Positions 63,101-64,000 of a stretch of 64,000 nucleotides of DNA are shown in pieces. The stretch spans positions 320,001-384,000 of the forward strand of contig OZ244052.1 in assembly GCA_965215125.1 (NCBI GenBank). Reading direction: 5' to 3'. The translations under genes and the position numbers were made by a program. How positions within the stretch are numbered: the first letter of the stretch is position 1; each line of letters starts with the position of its first letter. The stretch comes from an uncultured candidatus Porisulfidus sp. Its GTDB lineage: Bacteria; Pseudomonadota; Gammaproteobacteria; Poriferisulfidales; Oxydemutatoraceae. The notes beneath the pieces were generated by a model. It saw only the letters and a program-made list of their open reading frames with translations. It was not told where the DNA came from and did not search any database.

Positions 63101-64000
63101 CCGACAATGCCACCTACTAAACTATTTGCCGAAAACTCCCCGACCGCATAACTGCCGACGATAGTACCGGCATTAACACCCACCAGACCGCCGATATGCC
63201 GCCTCCCTTCTATCCTTACATTAGGCAAGCCTATATTTCTTACGCTAGCCGCAGATCCCAAAGCACCGAATAAACCTTGATAGTCGGCATCATCTCTATT
63301 TATCTGCAAATTAAATATCGTATGACCATCACCGTTAAAAATGCCTGTGAAACGACCTGCAAGCGTGCCTATAGGCAACCAGCCGGTGTCCGCATCGTTG
63401 CCGTAATCGGCAACCGTCCATTTTGCTTTATTGACCGGGTCGCGGTAGCTCGCATCCGAGTTAAAATCCAAATCCCGCACTAGTTTGTATTTGCCGTTCA
63501 GTTGATTGCGTATCGCATTCAAATCTTCCAAATAATAAATGTCGCTAAAACCGTCATCCCCTATGACCTTCATCACCGATACCGGCTCGGATACGATGCG
63601 ATGATCATAACCTTGATTGTCGCGATAATCCAACCATACACGATAGCCGATGTTATCGATTTCCGACAACACCGTAGGTATCTGATAATGCATTTGTATC
63701 GCATCTCCGATATCCTGCCATAGCGTAGCTGACGGCAACTTGTACTGCCATTGATAACTAAAACTATTAGGATCGACGCCACCGTCGGGCTCCATAGATA
63801 AATCGGCTTCGCTGATATCCGACACCGCTAAAGTGCCCTCGCGATAGGTCGGAACAGCTAAAGTCCTCATGCTACCGCCGTTTGTTTTGACAACCGTCAG
63901 CGTCGTACTTCGGGTTACGATTGTCCGACCGACACGCACTTCCACTTGCAACACAACGGGGGTCCGGTCAACATCTCGGGAAACAAAATCGTCGGGTATG
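48196..64000 (-). CDS. Giant modular protein 3, tandem paralog of protein 2, 5'-truncated by the window edge (>5260 aa)
   Basis: The frame stays open to the edge (IPDDFVSRDVDRTPVVLQVEV, matching IPDDFVVQDADEAPVVLQVEV in protein 2). Nine modules are in the window, collinear with modules 2-10 of protein 2. Ends IFVNIRVFPEGFLR. Confidence 0.9.
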   Translation of the reverse strand, partial: IPDDFVSRDVDRTPVVLQVEVRVGRTIVTRSTTLTVVKTNGGSMRTLAVPTYREGTLAVSDISEADLSMEPDGGVDPNSFSYQWQYKLPSATLWQDIGDAIQMHYQIPTVLSEIDNIGYRVWLDYRDNQGYDHRIVSEPVSVMKVIGDDGFSDIYYLEDLNAIRNQLNGKYKLVRDLDFNSDASYRDPVNKAKWTVADYGNDADTGWLPIGTLAGRFTGIFNGDGHTIFNLQINRDDADYQGLFGALGSAASVRNIGLPNVRIEGRRHIGGLVGVNAGTIVGSYAVGEFSANSLVGGIVGVNHGKIINSYAGSDISMQSSVSSHLGGLVGTNEGIVINSHATVRILERRSDNVGGLIGWNAINARVINSYAGGDVGGDLFVGGLTGINRGSITNSYANGEVSGNSSVAGLVGTNQISAAMITNSYAVGRVQGSGGGLVAINGGSIRASYWNVEIGGVQNGHGSGQSTRQMQLPTASIGIYEEWDDADWDFGNSAQYPILKYAPGPDGDACGVPGLPQCGELISPRLRYGLRSLATADGVALSPEFDTEAQNRSGIYIGSLSSTANVIRLIPTAIEQAAHIRFYIGDDNTAYDGIRSGETSKAISLQPIGMTRIHIEVQGTVTVRYALYIDYQSITDDRIMPINYLEDLDAIRDRPTGSYKLTRDLDFADSESYLDPLNRIFWTVDDYQDATDTGWVPIGNESEPFAGRFDGNGYTISGLQINRDDADNQSLFGVSTSAALISNIGLLNVKVEGGAKVAGLIGTHRGQVGYSYVSGSVVSKSIEGVGGGLVASNDGGEVIGSYAIAEVSGTSSLGGLIGDNNGKIINSHADSIVIPSSAGARFSGLVGLNRSLIANSYATGKVLPGGGSTIIGGLVGWNASKARIINGYAAVSIVGAIAGGLVGYNLGSIKSSYAVGNLVGSGNAIGIGSLVGINDGGTIVVSYWNTDTIAAGSGNGIGQTTAQLQSQNSTMPTNSIYKDWNTDDWDFGNSRQYPILKYTTATEGVFECGSSGLPQCGDLISPGLRYGLRDLTSANDVTFYPPLDIERLNQSGVYSGTVIGEHPSIRLIPVAMESTAHISFMGDRREMVDSHDTSAPISLKNDGIKKVVVEVKGTQTVRYTLYLNYASHRVIDEDGDGLVDIDYLEDLDAIRYQLDGSGYRADDESIKITSGCPSAGCRGYELLRDLDFNDAGSYRNAEKNMGRWTGVGAWQPIGLDEATFTGTFKGNNKTIANLRVRQNSRLARGGLFTTIGSDSRVAHIDGIGLSGVDIKEDVVAGIAASCKRCTISNSYVIGNIEGSTAVAGLINTISATGGGRARISNSYFVGNLAVNGRSAVAGGLVGDVDSDLTITDSYVVGTITAEHDDAFIGGLIGVRTSSAVEISNSYASVSATRADMPQGLFGGNRNPSDQRAPTVHTSYLDKDISQAQVTLGELKRTVALQSQAPTTPTDSIYKNWDTDDWDFGTDEQYPAIRYNLDADFTDGDAHCDVADIQRRPDACHTLLRHQGSLLQDLKLSEGAGLSSPFAFTSFDYGVSVNADRSTIRMLPTAFNAVATIEVFKDGTSIGETDSGEWTVPIPLNDTGDTVFSLVVKDGKRHSYRYQFVINRLDIVAQSIDEDGDGLIEISNATHLNAVRHRLDGGAYQQSETTDAIYCSNGCRGYELTADIDLAGIEWQPIGSLSEPFSGVFNGNGYTISNLTIKMGNTIGMGLFEVIGVRGRVENVGLVNVNIAGQSNVGAIAGYNFGTIINSHAEGKLVVLNSYVGGLVGRNNGGMIVNSYANVDVHANNIYAGGLVGWNETGGFIVNSYAVGTVRANNGLAGGLVGSSPKSAKIHNSYAVGDVRVRTNGNLAGGLIAFGGLIVNSYYKAGAVISRTDSLIGTDKTVMALQSGMPSDDIYTEWDRADWHFGNAEQYPALLYVPGNANDMVCRQPSLEQLSACNGGLFATLSEHDRAVVCRSHLPRLPEQTPYCGALLPEQRAGLVRLEFSKNAHLIPAFNPEIYDYHLVVGSGDEFRTTPTAYYGSDTITVDAGDLNSSTSSGRSSLFTLNDNLDSIMIRVQSATPGMPTRYTIKVLQNIAVVDGLITIDYLEDLDLMRYSLAQVSSTLKDCPIDTEDGVRRCKGYKLARDLDFKNPTSYRTGNLNPIWTTGAGWQPIGNHHNPFSGLFSGNAHTISNLRIHGIPVGDIGLFGVVADDARIENIGLLNVNIDVDNDRHSLFDIGVLVGENHGKIINSYVVGGRVQGDLFVGGLVGRNPRGVIVNSYTRVDVQVGMKTNNRVAGGLVGIHGGRALNENERSPTIRNSYASGTVVGNDYVGGLAGYFGGEIVNSYATGDVSGNIHIGGLIGRLLLDTTKVNNNYAIGKVTGKSLIGGLVGSTANAEIRDAVNASYWDIDTSDTTESVAGIGKMTAELQTPAIGDGIYSNWDNNDWYSESSLQYPVLRYTSATDVVARPACRETGDEGVELPICGNLLPGQGIGLSNLARSNRTGQVLLLRPDFNSGIYDYELILKSDAREFSIIPYTFNPNAVITLNDDSETNPRMELRSGEVTTLTIDNINDLLLTLTVEDPLVSRTTQTTLYSIRVSKHSFVTVNDIDEDDDGLIEVRSADALNAIRYQLDGSGYKASRDDTKITVGCPTTPTLGCKGYELAASIDLSGFDWHPIGVIDATTLDCNDTQSRCFASIFDGNNHTISNLRIDKTATDNVGLFAALADGAQVKNVNLTDVEVGGRFGVGSLATYNAGVIDNSSADGTLAGEHAVGGLVAYNVGRISNSYAYGAVSGGSSVGGLIARNESTGVITNSYSLSRVSGDTGIGGLVALNLGSIANTYASGGVEGVALIGGLIGENSGSVGNSYATADIVCTGVPACTSYTVATGGLIGSNVGGIAVNSYWDIATSNLHESAGGVGKTTVQLQSGTGQSSDASGAYYRWDDSDWHFGDVYHYPILKYTTNTESTLTGLQSYGLTSLTIAEIVTLSPNFDTTKLYYRIGIELDANIKQLHLIPNALDEDATIRIVSDNGFDETIKTGTTSSAIVLRSTDTTVISVEVSGDRRIRYRFEVDYFSSGFEGDVDTDKDGLIDILTLEDLDAIRNALDGRSLRYQNADGVLIESAKGCPMTGCKGYELLQDLDFDNPAHYRAGSVNTAWTTGSGWQPIGTSLHPFTAIFKGNGYTISNLRVNSPDSDYIGLFGVLDGSKSDVLIEGIGLTSVDIVGGAHVGGLVGTNRAGDIRRSYVVGSVMARGNGTSAMVGGLVGRNVAGSITESYAETQVKANLAAGLSVALAGGLVALNDNRSRIENSYAIGSIIGWDTVGGLVALNRGSSKIINSYAVNRVIAVGARPKVGGLVAVNDAKVNDSYWDIEASGVASSAGGSSATTAILRSSTPTTPINSIYRNWDADIWEFADANRYPELKAIADAPLLTPEGKSLLQSLTLSNNVRLFPSFHPLIFDYDLIAEAARMTEVRLNTTSTRAGTTIDTACSDDLVCSSGIPTSFILDGSHTPKITITTDNSDVGVLSYNFSVRYVESDIGRMTATTTTIISLPLAAAEGERIRLITSYDFGLSTDSYRYRWRQSTGDALRFNDELSPVDTQSAVLDFTVPSDVVSKQDDRRVIQLTLEIVVNEDVYLSKVLSLIISKRDNDTADRIRLLKDDDKLHAYTLKFERADGSEFIDRDGGFAETRIQWQRRRSEAEGWINLVSTFAYTIPNEGDYQYRVLAMYEDNQGYRGQFESEVIDYSDIDDDNDGLIEIRYLEDLDAIRYQSDGSGYKATASVDKITTGCPLVNGVEQCRGYELMNDLDFTDDASYRTPSPSLLKNSWTVSDFKDASDSGWQPIDGLNAVFNGNGYTISNIQINRSVGDTNHIGLFSQIGVVGKVKNLGLVDPTIKGLVGIKNVGGIAGRMERGGVIMNSYVVGDVASGNTDKIIRGDVGFGNGRGFIGGLVGWNKGFILNSYAKINVVAEDSETPGNKRVGVGGLVGRNIDGGKVYNSYATGEVKGPCIVGGLVGNQFSTNSDELPKRSEIKNSYATGNVETGFGTCVNSDNKVAGGLVGVNNNSAIENSYTLGEVVGDGTLNGLVAGILPAGDTSIANPINSYWNFDRNCKFITILSFVIGVRCFGIAGNIKNVRIPDNLKRPIAPDTMANSCIESFVNDLEPEDVCKTYVNWNTADWNFGTSSQYPALKYGVGLDTADPGCDTEPETVLPSCDSLLHGQIADALLLDRLSLSVNSKNVHLTPSFMPSRFNYGAMIEVEEAPVIIDIATSAGKNTRITIRKDNGSPLTGQSDGTVQISAEDSFKLKVETLRESNRGASYQIQVRLKYPLKARIMKIVNGSTPTELIARNIFVLDEGDVFRLDASMSIVQKNSQLDYQWTQLSGKSLLSGIRTASTVEFTVPTDFVARDEDDSTVVLKLKLSESNNSASVVSREVPLLVRKVNNGNSASAVKWISSDTLSAEDLSNDIDGGSLTDIGYRWLRERNGRFVAIPGANQKSYIVPRSARNAQYRVSISYIDGQGYRTNIHYDAPQFTTIANFVDKDNDGLIEIETVEDLNAIRYQPDGRGYRASSTTIMMTTGCPLVNGVEKCRGYELVKDLDFLDDASYNSTANKVAWTTGTGWQPIGIVANNNCSDAGSDCFAGIFDGNGYRITNLQINRDTTDEIGLFAGNTGTIRNLRLSAIEVKGNAGVGGLVGRNEGELMSIYVVEGRVEGQNNVIGLLTGVSVSGSSIINSYVSGTVLGSRFVGGICGINHGGIIIGSYAVADVSAERGAGGLVGENRGLIGNSYVAGSVSISEKKRAVGGLVGTLWGRGSVVNSYSTVEVKTTFVATANTDEQYVGGLIGIRQSPGLVVANSYWDTDASGQTNSPGGGTAKTKAELQMPTAPGTMVNDIYYTWDTDDWDFGTADEYPVLKYHDNTCGTSTPSPDCGRLLPHQRIGLRALKLEQNVGAGHLYLSPDFDPAVTTYTVSVHADASELRVTPIAANPDASIIADDRVLPTNDTGYSVSLNTSEPTSTVIRVATSNAAGMEAPVVYKLTINNNRLPRISINAPASIVEGETFALNTAIADPEGDELSYSLSMIPNLLSDIERSTGTVVGRADLRYEHDIPNDLLDEMQNTDVVDIVLTVDDGLGVAGETVRLTIIKKNNGVISVPAPTLNGFRYTIAGIDLSSDSDGTNPTPEIAYRWQKELLGSWLDIDGATDQSHTVEGIIGNRYRVLIDYTDKQGYRHRGLASPAMSAPQQFIYNVVRSRGVVRTSINRSTVIFVNIRVFPEGFLR

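Noticed and set aside
30114-64000. Diversity-generating retroelement (TR/VR pair)
   Set aside because: No reverse transcriptase is in the window. Differences between the paralogs, checked by eye at the 3' ends, involve all bases and indels rather than adenine-specific changes.

Overview
Bacterial chromosomal window, probably from a gammaproteobacterium (inferred from the thrS-infC-rpmI-rplT-pheS-pheT-ihfA-merR-tRNA-Pro cluster and phoBR). About two thirds of the window (~42.5 kb) encodes three paralogous giant modular proteins on the minus strand: <1..8766 (missed by the ORF track because it runs off the left edge), 30114..48026 and 48196..>64000. The two whose starts are in the window have Sec-type signal peptides. 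Each is built from repeated ~500-600 aa modules: a DxDxDG Ca-loop/Cys cap, a GLUG-type beta-solenoid, a WDFG/QYP cap and a cadherin-like beta-sandwich. The last two genes are an ~18-kb tandem duplication showing mosaic identity and hypervariable cassettes, and both end in the tail NIRVFPEG(L/F)LR. The middle region holds a GT25 glycosyltransferase, an NDUFA9-like SDR, an intact IS1380 inserted into a 47-bp REP-like array, egtD-phoB-phoR, and an 8 x 23-bp direct-repeat array directly upstream of an AAA_14/DUF4143-type ATPase-nuclease. It also holds ogt, two tRNAs, the translation cluster interrupted by a nitroreductase, an OprO/P porin with tandem Pho boxes, two repeat-rich coiled-coil membrane proteins, and four copies of a small dispersed hairpin element with covarying stems. 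Family assignments come from motif recognition by eye, not database searches.
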